Shown: one piece after another, positions 1 through 8,857 of the stretch | How positions within the stretch are numbered: position 1 is the stretch's first letter | Layout of the letters: each line of letters starts with the position of its first letter | From: Candidatus Aenigmatarchaeota archaeon | GTDB taxonomy: Archaea; Aenigmatarchaeota; Aenigmatarchaeia; PWEA01 | Direction: 5' to 3' | DNA: 64,000 nt | NCBI GenBank assembly: GCA_046539325.1 | Contig: JBKHHD010000006.1 | Coordinates: forward strand, 1-64,000 | Notes under the pieces: generated by a model | The model's database searches: none | What the model was told of the DNA's origin: nothing | The model's input: the letters and a program-made list of their open reading frames with translations, nothing else | Position numbers and translations under genes: made by a program

Positions 1-485
1 CACTTCCTAAGCCAATCCTTTGTCTCGTCATCCTCCACGTTCTTAATCTTCTGCTCTAATAAATCAATCCTGTCTTCCATACTGTCTTTCTCTTTCATCT
101 CTTCCACTATCTTTTCCACACCCTGAGCAGATTTCTCGATAATATTTTCACCATTTCCTTGAGATGAATTCTCTTTGTCCTCCAAACCATCTCCCCCCGC
201 ATTCTTCGGTTCCCGGATTTTATGGGGAACAATGTCCTTTTTCTTCAATATTTTTTTAGCGTTTCCTTCCATCATCTCCGGATCTTTTTTCTGCCCTTGA
301 GTTTCAGGTACTTTCTTTGGAGATTTTTTCTTCTTGTAGATCTGGTCTGCGGCATGTTCTATGTAGTCAGAATTGGCCTGCTGGAATATCTCAGAAGTCT
401 TTTCGATGGCATCTCTCTTGCTGTGGCCCATCTTTCTGTGGTTACGAATGGCTTTCTTTATCCTTTCCTTGAGTTCATCGGGCAA
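1..485 (-). CDS. hypothetical protein, runs off window start
   Basis: Open minus frame read by hand from TTG at 485 (SD AGGTGA 5 nt upstream): MPDELKERIKKAIRNHRKMGHSKRDAIEK...; absent from the ORF track because the stop lies outside the window. Confidence 0.6.
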   Translation of the reverse strand, partial: MPDELKERIKKAIRNHRKMGHSKRDAIEKTSEIFQQANSDYIEHAADQIYKKKKSPKKVPETQGQKKDPEMMEGNAKKILKKKDIVPHKIREPKNAGGDGLEDKENSSQGNGENIIEKSAQGVEKIVEEMKEKDSMEDRIDLLEQKIKNVEDDETKDWLRK

Positions 486-609
486 CTTTTTCACCTGCGG
501 TCCATGGGGGTCAGATAAGAGCGCCTAGAACGCTCCTCCAACTAAGGAACAATTTGTAGGCTTTATTAAAATAATTTGCCCTGTAAAAGCCTCTGAGGAA
601 TATCAGATC

Positions 610-1809
610 CTAAAAACTCACGTCAAACTCCGAAAGATAGAAGCCTCCTTCGCCTCCTACGACGAACTCAAGCTCGTTTTCTCCTACATCTACGTCGTCC
701 TCGGAAAGCTCTACGGTTACTGTTTTGCCTTCCTTGAGTACCTCCTGTATCATTATCCTCTTTTCATCGCCTTCGGCCGTTGTCATATCTAGGTGAAGGT
801 ACTCCGGACTTCCTTCGATCCTATCTACCTGGAAGCTTATCTCACCTGGAAGCCTGTTGTAGTTCGCGGAGCTGACGTCTATAGTCTTCACAGGCCTTCT
901 GTCCTCCTCCGACTCCCAGAAGTAAACCATCTTCGCAGACTCGAATCTGTAAAGGGAGTCAGCCTTTGTGAACATTGTTACCGTGTTTCCTCCCTCGTAC
1001 ATCGGAACATCCTCAAAGTCCACCCACATGGACTTTCTGTCAGGGAACTCCGGCGTTTCCCTGTATATATCTCTCCCGTTGACCTGGATCACCAGCGGGC
1101 TCTGAGCATCGAACTCTTCGGGCCGTAAGATAAGTCTCCCCATTCTGAAGTTGTCTGCCTGGTCTTCATCCAGTTCAAACTCAAAGGTTCTGTCCTTCCT
1201 CTCAAGTATGTCTGCGTTTATCCTCAAATCCTCGAGCACGTAAACGGTCGGTGCCCAGAACCTCCACCAGGAGGACCTTGCTGAAATTTCCATAGTATTG
1301 TTCTCCTTGAGTAGATCCTTATCTATGTCGAAATTGTAAGACCTCCCACCGTCCGGATATCCAGAGTATATCTCCTCGCCGTTCAGAAATATATCAAGGT
1401 TGTTAAGCTGGTTTGTATCAGCAACATAGAACTGCAGCTCCATAGAGGTCATCCTATCTAACTGTCCTTCGGTAAGGTCGAACTCTATGTACTGTGGTTC
1501 ATTGGAAAAAATTCCCCTCCTCACATCACTTCTGTTTATGTCACCAATAACCTTTCTCTCGTCTTTGAAGGTTATATCAAAAGCCTCGTCGGCAAAACCA
1601 ATATGCTTATAATCCGTGCCCTGAATTCTTCCTACAAAGAACTGGTCGTCCGGGTACTCAACTTCCTCCTCTCCGTCGGTTTCATTGTCCTCGGGCGGCC
1701 TCCATCTTCGTCTATCAGGCCTCTTATCAAATTCCATCTCTCCGCCGAAAACGGCCAGTAGAACTCCGAACAAAACGACAGCAACTATGAGAACCTTTGC
1801 GAAGTCCAT
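610..1809 (-). CDS. membrane-anchored or secreted acidic surface protein, function unknown
   Basis: 399 aa; N-terminal hydrophobic helix; repeated beta-rich units (xxNGxEIY ... GxNxLxF). Confidence 0.7.
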   Translation of the reverse strand: MDFAKVLIVAVVLFGVLLAVFGGEMEFDKRPDRRRWRPPEDNETDGEEEVEYPDDQFFVGRIQGTDYKHIGFADEAFDITFKDERKVIGDINRSDVRRGIFSNEPQYIEFDLTEGQLDRMTSMELQFYVADTNQLNNLDIFLNGEEIYSGYPDGGRSYNFDIDKDLLKENNTMEISARSSWWRFWAPTVYVLEDLRINADILERKDRTFEFELDEDQADNFRMGRLILRPEEFDAQSPLVIQVNGRDIYRETPEFPDRKSMWVDFEDVPMYEGGNTVTMFTKADSLYRFESAKMVYFWESEEDRRPVKTIDVSSANYNRLPGEISFQVDRIEGSPEYLHLDMTTAEGDEKRIMIQEVLKEGKTVTVELSEDDVDVGENELEFVVGGEGGFYLSEFDVSF

Positions 1810-1866
1810 CTTACCACTTATATTAATTAACGGCTTATTAAAGTATTTATATGTGGGTGAAGGTCT

Positions 1867-2889
1867 ATGAAGATTCTCGACAGTGACGAAAAGGAAGGCA
1901 TGTTGAAGCTTAAAGTAGAGAATCCCAACGACGTCTGGGAACTAGATAACGTGCTGGAGGAAGGCGATTTCGTGAATGCAAAAACTATGAGGAGGAAGAT
2001 GATTGACAGGGAGGAAGGCCAGGAAAAGGGTAACAAAAGGCCTGTATATCTTACCCTGAAAATAGACAAGATGAAGTTCCATGAGCACACAGGGAACCTT
2101 CGTCTCACAGGTCCAATAGTGGACGGTCCCGAGGACGTTGAAATAGACAACTACCACACCATAGTTGCGGAGCCTGGAAAGGTTCTTACCATCGTTAAGG
2201 AAGATGGATGGAAAGAATGGCAGATGCGAACGATACGGAGAGCTTACAAAAAGCCGCCCGAGGTCCTGGTATGTGTTCTCGACAGAGAAGAAGCTACTAT
2301 AGCGAGGGTAAGCAACGGTAAGGATATAATAACTACTGTGCGATCTGGTGGTTCAGGAAAGCAGTACGAGGGGGGAGACGACGAGGAATATCTGGGCGAA
2401 GTAGCCTCTATAATAAGAAGGAGGGAGGAGAACTTCGATAAAATAGTCGTAGCTGGACCTGGATTTGTAAAGGATAAAATTTACAAGATGCTCGAGGAAG
2501 ACCTTTCTGAAAAGTCCGTCAAGGCGAATACAAGCCATTCTGGAACCACTGGCGTAGAAGAGGTAATAAAAAGAGGTGTTATAGAGAAGGTTGTCGAAGA
2601 TTCTCGAATTTCTGATGAAAGCTCTGCTGTCGAAAGGCTTTTGGAGGAGTTCTCCAAGGATTCCGGTGAGGTGGCGTACGGAATAGAAGACGTCGACAAA
2701 GCCGTGGAAATGGGCGCGGTCAAGAAAATACTGGTTTCAGAGAAGAAATTGAAGGATCTCAGGGATCTTGTTAACAAAGCTGAGGAAAGGGGCGCAGAAG
2801 TAATGATCATTTCAGCAAGACACGAAGGTGGTGAAAAGCTAAGTAAAATAGGCGGGATAGCAGCACTTCTAAGATATAGAATAAAATGA
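1867..2889 (+). CDS. pelA: mRNA surveillance protein Pelota
   Basis: ENPNDVWEL, NLRLTGPI, YHTI, VVAGPGF and GEKLSKIGGIAALLRY motifs. Confidence 0.95.
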   Translation: MKILDSDEKEGMLKLKVENPNDVWELDNVLEEGDFVNAKTMRRKMIDREEGQEKGNKRPVYLTLKIDKMKFHEHTGNLRLTGPIVDGPEDVEIDNYHTIVAEPGKVLTIVKEDGWKEWQMRTIRRAYKKPPEVLVCVLDREEATIARVSNGKDIITTVRSGGSGKQYEGGDDEEYLGEVASIIRRREENFDKIVVAGPGFVKDKIYKMLEEDLSEKSVKANTSHSGTTGVEEVIKRGVIEKVVEDSRISDESSAVERLLEEFSKDSGEVAYGIEDVDKAVEMGAVKKILVSEKKLKDLRDLVNKAEERGAEVMIISARHEGGEKLSKIGGIAALLRYRIK

Positions 2890-3037
2890 TGGACCCGGTG
2901 GGATTTGAACCCACGGTCTCCACCATTTCGGGTTTTGATGAACCTTTTTTCGAAAAAGGTTCTTGCCAAGGTGGCGTCTTTTCGGTACAACCGAAAATAA
3001 AAATTCGGTTTCCGTATTTCCACTAGACTACGGGCCC
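2890..3037 (-). tRNA. tRNA-Ala(GGC) with two 38-nt introns (D-loop 2980-3017; 37/38 at 2926-2963)
   Basis: Acceptor GGGCCCG/CGGGTCC with G3:U70; anticodon stem CCACC/GGTGG; loop TTGGCA|T; T-loop TTCAAAT; BHB-like pairing at both junctions. Confidence 0.9.
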
Positions 3038-3099
3038 TACTGTCAGATGAAATAAATTAAGATGTAAAGATAAAAAGATTGGGGTTGACCGGATACTCC

Positions 3100-3624
3100 T
3101 CAACGAACTACCTCATGTCCTGAAACCATCTCAGAGCCTTTCCAGAGGTAGTAGATGCTTAACGCGCCAGTAATCCCGAACATCATCCATTTGACCGTAG
3201 ACTCTTTTTTGTCCATGTGCACTACTCTCTCTTTATCACCGTACCTTTTCTCATGGCCTGAAACGGGTATGGACACCTTGTAAAGGAGATACAAAGCTGC
3301 TAACGGAGCAACAATGAACGAGATGAATCCAAAGGCTCCACCTACCATACCACCCCGAGTTCCTACGGCTGTTTCAGCAAAGATTGCTGATCCCCCTGCT
3401 ACAAGTATTATAGCAGGTAGAAGTAGGATTAGGAACCATTTACCTGTGGACTCCTTCTCATCTAAGTGATCAACAACCTGGTATTCATTTGACACACTGA
3501 CACCGTGGCCTGAGACTACTTCGGCAATCTTCCAAAGGTAGTACAGGTTTACGATAGGTATTAGAGCTATAATGAACCATGTCCATGTTGGCTCTTTGGA
3601 TTCTCTGTGTGAAAGATTTGGAAT
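3100..3624 (-). CDS. membrane protein with three internal repeats (H..KE.T..W...YLWK..E.VSGH); probable ATT start
   Basis: Track ORF 3100..3495 extends 43 codons upstream through a third repeat to ATT at 3624, preceded by GAGGTGA-TAAA; in-frame TGA just upstream. Confidence 0.8.
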   Translation of the reverse strand: MPNLSHRESKEPTWTWFIIALIPIVNLYYLWKIAEVVSGHGVSVSNEYQVVDHLDEKESTGKWFLILLLPAIILVAGGSAIFAETAVGTRGGMVGGAFGFISFIVAPLAALYLLYKVSIPVSGHEKRYGDKERVVHMDKKESTVKWMMFGITGALSIYYLWKGSEMVSGHEVVR

Positions 3625-3690
3625 TTTATCACCTCTTCAAGCTTTGTTTTATAAGTATAAAAATCTGGCCAACGGATATAGAGAAGAAAA

Positions 3691-3868
3691 TGGTGGGCCT
3701 GCGCGGATTTGAACCGCGGATCTCCACCTTTTCCCAGTCTTTTTCGCGAACGTTTTTGCAGCTTGCTGTAAAAAGGCTCCGTGAAGGTGGCGTCATTTGT
3801 GGACAACTCTTTTCGTGAACGTTTTGCGCGTCAGCGGAAAAGGTTCTTAGCCACTAGACTACAGGCCC
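3691..3868 (-). tRNA. tRNA-Val(CAC) with encoded CCA and two introns (D-loop 3797-3848, 52 nt; 37/38 at 3730-3779, 50 nt)
   Basis: Acceptor GGGCCTG/CAGGCCC-ACCA; CCACC-TTCACG|A-GGTGG; D-loop GTGG pairs with intron CCAC (BHB central helix). Confidence 0.9.
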
Positions 3869-3908
3869 ATGCCAACCACTTATATAACGTCAATATAATT
3901 TTATAGTT

Positions 3909-4406
3909 ATGTTTATGAATATTGCGGAAGCAGCTGAGGAAGCAGAGAAGCTTGATGAAATTCAGAAAATACTTTCTTCCGATGGTTTTCTCTGCTCGGC
4001 TTACTTCATGGTAAATAAGGACAAGAAACCAGAAAGCTGGAACCTTGCATTTTACTCCGAAGAACAAAAGGAGATAACAGCCGTGAAGGTAACAGAAGAA
4101 GGTGCGGAAGTAGGGGTTACAGATGCGCCGTTAAGGGAAGATACAGGTAAAATAAAGCTTGAGGAAGTTGATGTAAGTGCGGAGAAGGGCCTGGAAAGGA
4201 TAAAGGAAGTTCTCGAGGAAGAGTATTCAATTTCTTACGAAAAGATACTTTTTACTTTGAGAAGCGTCGATGATGGTCAGGAATGGAGGGGCGTATTTGT
4301 TGGGGAAAATCTTTCAATAGTCTCTATTGCTGTGAACACAAAGACGGGTGAAGTCACGGAAAAGGAGAAGAAAAGTATGAGTCCTGGAAAGTCCCTTGGT
4401 GGATAA
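3909..4406 (+). CDS. hypothetical protein
   Basis: 165 aa acidic ORF with host-like codon use; C-terminus loosely PepSY-like (IAVNTKTGEV). Confidence 0.7.
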   Translation: MFMNIAEAAEEAEKLDEIQKILSSDGFLCSAYFMVNKDKKPESWNLAFYSEEQKEITAVKVTEEGAEVGVTDAPLREDTGKIKLEEVDVSAEKGLERIKEVLEEEYSISYEKILFTLRSVDDGQEWRGVFVGENLSIVSIAVNTKTGEVTEKEKKSMSPGKSLGG

Positions 4407-4490
4407 AAGTAGGACGAGGATTGCTGAAGGAATCCTTCGAAAACCTTCCATTGAAAGATTTTTTTGCAATGTTTTTTCTAAAGAAGAAGA

Positions 4491-4645
4491 TGGGACCGCC
4501 GGGATTTGAACCCGAGATCTCCGGCTTTTACGCGTCGCGAAACAAAATTTACCGCGACGGGCCTTATAAGACCGGCGCTTTGGTCAAGTCTTTTGATGAA
4601 ACTTTTTCTAAAAGTTTCTTTCTAACCAAGCTAAGCCACGGTCCC
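4491..4645 (-). tRNA. tRNA-Ile(TAT) with two introns (22/23 at 4580-4621, 42 nt; 38/39 at 4526-4563, 38 nt)
   Basis: Acceptor GGGACCG/CGGTCCC-A; CCGGT-CTTATAA|GCCGG; BHB helices GGTT/GACC and TTAT/GTAA. Confidence 0.87.
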
Positions 4646-4709
4646 ATACCGAAACAAGGTATAGTTGCAGTTAAAGCTTTTTATTTTTGAGCAGTTAAAA
4701 AGATTTAAC

Positions 4710-5597
4710 ATGGCATTGGAAGGTCTGGAAGAAATAAAAGAATTTCTGGTTTCTGGTGGCTTCGATATCTTCGAGTACCCAAGAGGTTGTTTTGACCTTG
4801 CAGCGAAGAGAGAAAGGCTCATGCTTCTAAAAATATTATCCAACATAGACTCGCTTCAGAGGGACCAGGCAGAGGACCTTAAAACTCTTTCAAACTTCCT
4901 TGACTCAAACTGCTTCGTGCTTGGGAAAAACACAAGGAAGGAAAAGCTTGATAATTCAGTGATATACGAACGCTTTGGGATTCCTGCTATGACACCAGAA
5001 ACCTTCACCTCGGTAGTTGAAGGCAAATATCCAGATAGCTTCAGAACTAGAGGCGGGACCTTTGGGGAGATTCATCCGGAGAAGCTCAAGATACTTAGAA
5101 AAAGAAAGGACATGACACAGAAGGAAGTCGCTGGAAAGCTCGGTGTCTCACAAAAAAGCATATCAGAACACGAGTCAGGAAAGAAAAGGGCACTCATGGA
5201 CATGGTATGTGCGCTAGAAGAGCTGTTCAACGAAGAGGTCAGGAAAGGTGTGAATCCATTTGAAATAGAACCTAAATTTGAAAGGCGAGGCCATGGCAAC
5301 AAGTTCTGTGAAAGGTTGGAGGATCTTGGTTTCAGGACAAGTTCTATTAGAAGAGCGCCTCCAAAAATTCTGGGCAAAAACGAGATAACTGTACTTTCCA
5401 GAACAGTAAAAAAGGGTGTACAAGATGATTTGAAATCCCTCGGGAACTTCTCAAGGATAAGCGAAGCCGAGGCCTTTGTAATAACCGATGAAGAGATAAC
5501 TGTGGAAGTACCTTCCTTGAAAGAGGGGGAATTGAAGGAGGTTGAAAATTCCCAGGAACTTGTAAAGGTAATAAAGGAAAAGAAGCATTCTGCCTGA
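4710..5597 (+). CDS. archaeal HTH transcriptional regulator (COG1395-like)
   Basis: CFDLAAKR..LLKILSNIDSL N-terminus, YERFGIPA, central Cro-type HTH (MTQKEVAGKLGVSQKSISEHESG). Confidence 0.88.
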   Translation: MALEGLEEIKEFLVSGGFDIFEYPRGCFDLAAKRERLMLLKILSNIDSLQRDQAEDLKTLSNFLDSNCFVLGKNTRKEKLDNSVIYERFGIPAMTPETFTSVVEGKYPDSFRTRGGTFGEIHPEKLKILRKRKDMTQKEVAGKLGVSQKSISEHESGKKRALMDMVCALEELFNEEVRKGVNPFEIEPKFERRGHGNKFCERLEDLGFRTSSIRRAPPKILGKNEITVLSRTVKKGVQDDLKSLGNFSRISEAEAFVITDEEITVEVPSLKEGELKEVENSQELVKVIKEKKHSA

Positions 5598-5634
5598 AGT
5601 AAATTAATAAAGACTGAGACATGTTTGTTGCTTC

Positions 5635-6114
5635 ATGAGACTAGGACATCTTAAGCTGAGAAAAGTACTGACCGAGAAGAACAGAAAAAGGATGTTCAAA
5701 ATAGGTGTGGTTCTCTTCTTTCTCGGACTGTTAACAATGATACTGTCTTTCAGGCCGCATCCAATGCTAAGCATACCGATAAAATACCTCAGCATAACAT
5801 TCACAGCTGCCTTCATAATGATACCTCTAGGAGCTCTACTCGTGATGATCTCCAGGTTCTTCTACAAGCTGACCTATATAACTGCATTGCTGGTCTTCCT
5901 GGCTTCGATGGGTATAGTAGCACATATACAGATGCAAAGCTACAGGACAAGTAGTATGGATAGATGTTGTGAGCTGTTTGTGGAGGTAGGTGGATGCGAT
6001 ATCCGTGAGCTACCCGGAAACTTTACGACAACCGTAGACGGAGGAGAAATGGATTGCACAAGCCTCCCACCTGGGAAAAGTGTATATAGCTGGAGATCTA
6101 TATGTGACTGCTAA
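5635..6114 (+). CDS. membrane protein with Cys-rich C-terminal domain
   Basis: Three hydrophobic segments, then CCELF..GGC...C...CDC. Confidence 0.7.
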   Translation: MRLGHLKLRKVLTEKNRKRMFKIGVVLFFLGLLTMILSFRPHPMLSIPIKYLSITFTAAFIMIPLGALLVMISRFFYKLTYITALLVFLASMGIVAHIQMQSYRTSSMDRCCELFVEVGGCDIRELPGNFTTTVDGGEMDCTSLPPGKSVYSWRSICDC

Positions 6115-6947
6115 TTTCTGAGGTCCTTTACCTTTTTTATGTTCCACTTGAATCCTTTTTCATCGACAGGCGTCTCAAGAACCATCGGCTTGCCCTTCAG
6201 TTTTTCGTGGTTTATTAAAATCTCAAACGGCCCTTCGCCTATTTTTCCCCTGCCTATATGTTCGTGCTCGTCCTTCTCCGATCCGAAGCTGTATTTGGAA
6301 TCATTGAGATGAAGAAAATGAACGTTCTCTATCCCTATTTCTTCGTCCAGTTCTTCTAGTAGCTCCTCCAACTTTTCCTCCGTAGAGAAGTCATAGCCCG
6401 CAGAGTACATGTGGCAGGTATCCAAGCACACGCCAAGCTTGACGTAGCTGTAGTCCGAAAGATCTACCATCCTTGAGAGCTCACGGAAGGTCTTTCCCAG
6501 AGTCGTTCCTTTTCCAGCCGTGTTCTCAAGGAGAACCATTACGTCTCCAGGTATATCCAGCTTTGAAAGCCGTGAAGCAACGTTCTCTATGCCTTCCTCA
6601 ACACCTGCGCCAGTGTGCGCTCCTGGATGGAAAACGTAGTAAGGTATACCCAGCTTCGCTGCAGCCTGTATTTCTGACTGCATGCATTTCAACGACTTCT
6701 TCGCTAGCTCTTCCTTGGGCGTAGCCAGATTGATAAGATAGGTGCTGTGAACTATCCAAGGTTTTACGTTCTTGTCGTTTACAAGCTTCCTGAACTTCCT
6801 CGCGTCCTCGTTTCCTGGCTCGCCTACCTTCCAGCCACGGGGCGAGCCGACAAAGATCTGACCGCAGTTTCCACCCAGTTGCTCTTCCCTTTCCACGGCC
6901 TTGTGTATACCTCCGCTTATGGAGACGTGGGCTCCCAGTCTGAACAT
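6111..6947 (-). CDS. nfo: endonuclease IV (AP endonuclease 2)
   Basis: LGAHVSISGG, HSTYLINLA, FHPG, LLENTAGKG, CLDTCH, HLNDSK, DEHEHIG, LETP; start set at MFRLGAH. Confidence 0.95.
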   Translation of the reverse strand: MFRLGAHVSISGGIHKAVEREEQLGGNCGQIFVGSPRGWKVGEPGNEDARKFRKLVNDKNVKPWIVHSTYLINLATPKEELAKKSLKCMQSEIQAAAKLGIPYYVFHPGAHTGAGVEEGIENVASRLSKLDIPGDVMVLLENTAGKGTTLGKTFRELSRMVDLSDYSYVKLGVCLDTCHMYSAGYDFSTEEKLEELLEELDEEIGIENVHFLHLNDSKYSFGSEKDEHEHIGRGKIGEGPFEILINHEKLKGKPMVLETPVDEKGFKWNIKKVKDLRN

Positions 6948-7091
6948 ACCATAACAAGGCCGTGCAAAGCTTAAAATAGTTTCCAGGAATCCACAACCTT
7001 TAAATATGTGCATGGAGGTATATTTGCCCTGGGGTAAACCACTATTCCAATCTTCAAACACTGTTAAACAAAAACTAAGGAGGTGATTACT

Positions 7092-8774
7092 ATTCCACAA
7101 GGAGCACAAGGTGTCGGTCAACCTATCTTCATTCTGGGTGAAGACGCCGAGAGACAGAGCGGTAAAAGCGCCCAGAAGAACAACATCGCCGCTGCCAAAG
7201 CAGTTGGTGACACAGTAAGGACGACGCTAGGTCCCAAGGGAATGGACAAGATGCTTGTCGATTCGATGGGAGACATAGTAGTGACTAACGACGGTGTCAC
7301 AATTCTCGACGAAATGGAAATCGAGCATCCAGCAGCAAAGATGATGGTCGAAGTAGCTAAGACGCAGGAAGAGCAGGTTGGCGACGGTACAACAACAGCC
7401 GTAGTGATCGGTTCCGAGCTTCTGAAACAAGCGGAAGACCTTCTCGACCAGGACATTCATCCTACAGTGGTCACGAGAGGATTCAACCTTGCAGCAAACA
7501 AGGCCCTGAAGCACTTGGACGATATAAGCGAAGAGGTAGACTTTGAGAAGAACAGGGATCTTCTGAAGAACATAGCAATGACTTCCATCACAGGAAAGTC
7601 CGCTGAAAAGGCCTACGAGAAGTACGCTGATCTCGCTGTTGAAGCGATAGAGTCTATCATGGACAAAAGTGAAGGAGAAGTGAACATAGACAAGGACGAC
7701 GTCAAGATCGAGAAGAGAGAGGGAGACGGAATCAGCAGCTCAGAGCTCATTGAAGGTCTTATCATAGACAAGGAGATGGTCCATGCTGACATGCCGAAGA
7801 AGCTGAAGAATGCGAAGGTAGCTCTGATCAACACGGCCATAGAAGTAGACGAAACAGAGACAGACGCAGAGATTCAGATCTCCTCGCCAGACCAGCTAGA
7901 GAACTTCCTAGATCAGGAAGAAAAGATGCTCAAGGGTATGGTCGAGAAGATCGTTGATTCCGGAGCTGACATCGTCTTCTGCCAGAAAGGCATAGACGAC
8001 ATCGCTCAGCACTACCTAGCAAAGAAAGGAATCGCTGCAGTTCGCAGGGTGAAGAGCGACGACATGGAGAGGCTTGCGAGAGCTACTGAGGCAAAGATAG
8101 TGAACAGCCTTGACGATTTAAGCAGTGAAGACCTGGGCGAAGCAGGAAACATCGAAGAGAAAAAGGAAGGCGACAAGATGATCTACGTAAAGGACTGTAA
8201 GAGTCCGAGAACCGTTTCCCTCCTACTTACAGGAGGAACGGAGCATGTCGTCGACGAAGCAGAGAGGTCGATGAACGACGCTCTCGACTGCATAGTTACT
8301 GCGCTCAAGTCAGGCAAGATTGTCGCAGGCGGAGGTTCCGTAGAACAGGAGCTTTCCAACAGGCTGAAGAAGTACGCGCAGTCCGAGTCAGGACGAGAGC
8401 AGCTCGCGATAAGAGCCTTTGCAGAAGCATTGGAAGTAATTCCAAGGACGCTTGCTGAGAACACAGGCCTAGATCCTGTAGACGCTCTCGTTGAGATAAG
8501 ATCTGCTCACGAACAAGGAAACGTAAACCACGGCCTAGACGTAGAGAAGGGCAAAGTAGTGAACATGAAAAAAGCTGGAGTTATAGAGCCGAAGGGGATC
8601 AAGGAGCAGGCACTACAGTCCGCGAGTGAAGCTGCAGAAATGATTCTGAGAATCGACGACGTAGTCTCAGCTGGCGAGCTAAGCGGTGGCGACGAAGGCG
8701 GCGCACCAGGAGGAGCACCAGGCGGAATGCCAGGAGGCGGAGGAATGCCACCAGGAGCCATGGGAGGGCTCTAG
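7092..8774 (+). CDS. ths: thermosome subunit (group II chaperonin); probable ATT start (track GTG at 7083 lies inside the SD)
   Basis: [34 protein letters not shown] and a GGM-rich tail. Confidence 0.97.
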   Translation: MPQGAQGVGQPIFILGEDAERQSGKSAQKNNIAAAKAVGDTVRTTLGPKGMDKMLVDSMGDIVVTNDGVTILDEMEIEHPAAKMMVEVAKTQEEQVGDGTTTAVVIGSELLKQAEDLLDQDIHPTVVTRGFNLAANKALKHLDDISEEVDFEKNRDLLKNIAMTSITGKSAEKAYEKYADLAVEAIESIMDKSEGEVNIDKDDVKIEKREGDGISSSELIEGLIIDKEMVHADMPKKLKNAKVALINTAIEVDETETDAEIQISSPDQLENFLDQEEKMLKGMVEKIVDSGADIVFCQKGIDDIAQHYLAKKGIAAVRRVKSDDMERLARATEAKIVNSLDDLSSEDLGEAGNIEEKKEGDKMIYVKDCKSPRTVSLLLTGGTEHVVDEAERSMNDALDCIVTALKSGKIVAGGGSVEQELSNRLKKYAQSESGREQLAIRAFAEALEVIPRTLAENTGLDPVDALVEIRSAHEQGNVNHGLDVEKGKVVNMKKAGVIEPKGIKEQALQSASEAAEMILRIDDVVSAGELSGGDEGGAPGGAPGGMPGGGGMPPGAMGGL

Positions 8775-8796
8775 AACGTAAACAAACTCCCCTAAA

Positions 8797-8811
8797 CTCT
8801 TCTTTTTCTTT
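8797..8811 (+). terminator. pyrimidine/T-rich tract after thermosome
   Basis: CTCTTCTTTTTCTTT about 20 nt after the stop codon. Confidence 0.45.
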
Positions 8812-8857
8812 ATCCCTTGCCACAAGATATTTAAGTAAGACTCACAAATCTACCAAT

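Noticed and set aside
4421-4486. Possible degenerate copy of the intron palindrome downstream of tRNA-Ile
   Set aside because: Only weak hairpins and T/A runs; the GTTC-ATCAAAA tail is absent
2481-4846. Track ORFs 2481..3023, 3567..3806, 3579..3818, 4421..4690 and 4631..4846
   Set aside because: They overlap intron-containing tRNA genes or lie antisense to real genes, and have no protein-like features
6948-7121. N-terminal 58-aa extension of EndoIV
   Set aside because: Overlaps the thermosome start and shared promoter; the family begins at MFRLGAH
8695-8770. CCAGGAGG-type repeats at the thermosome 3' end and GAAGAG runs in rpl11/rpl12
   Set aside because: Explained by GGM/GAP and poly-Glu protein tails
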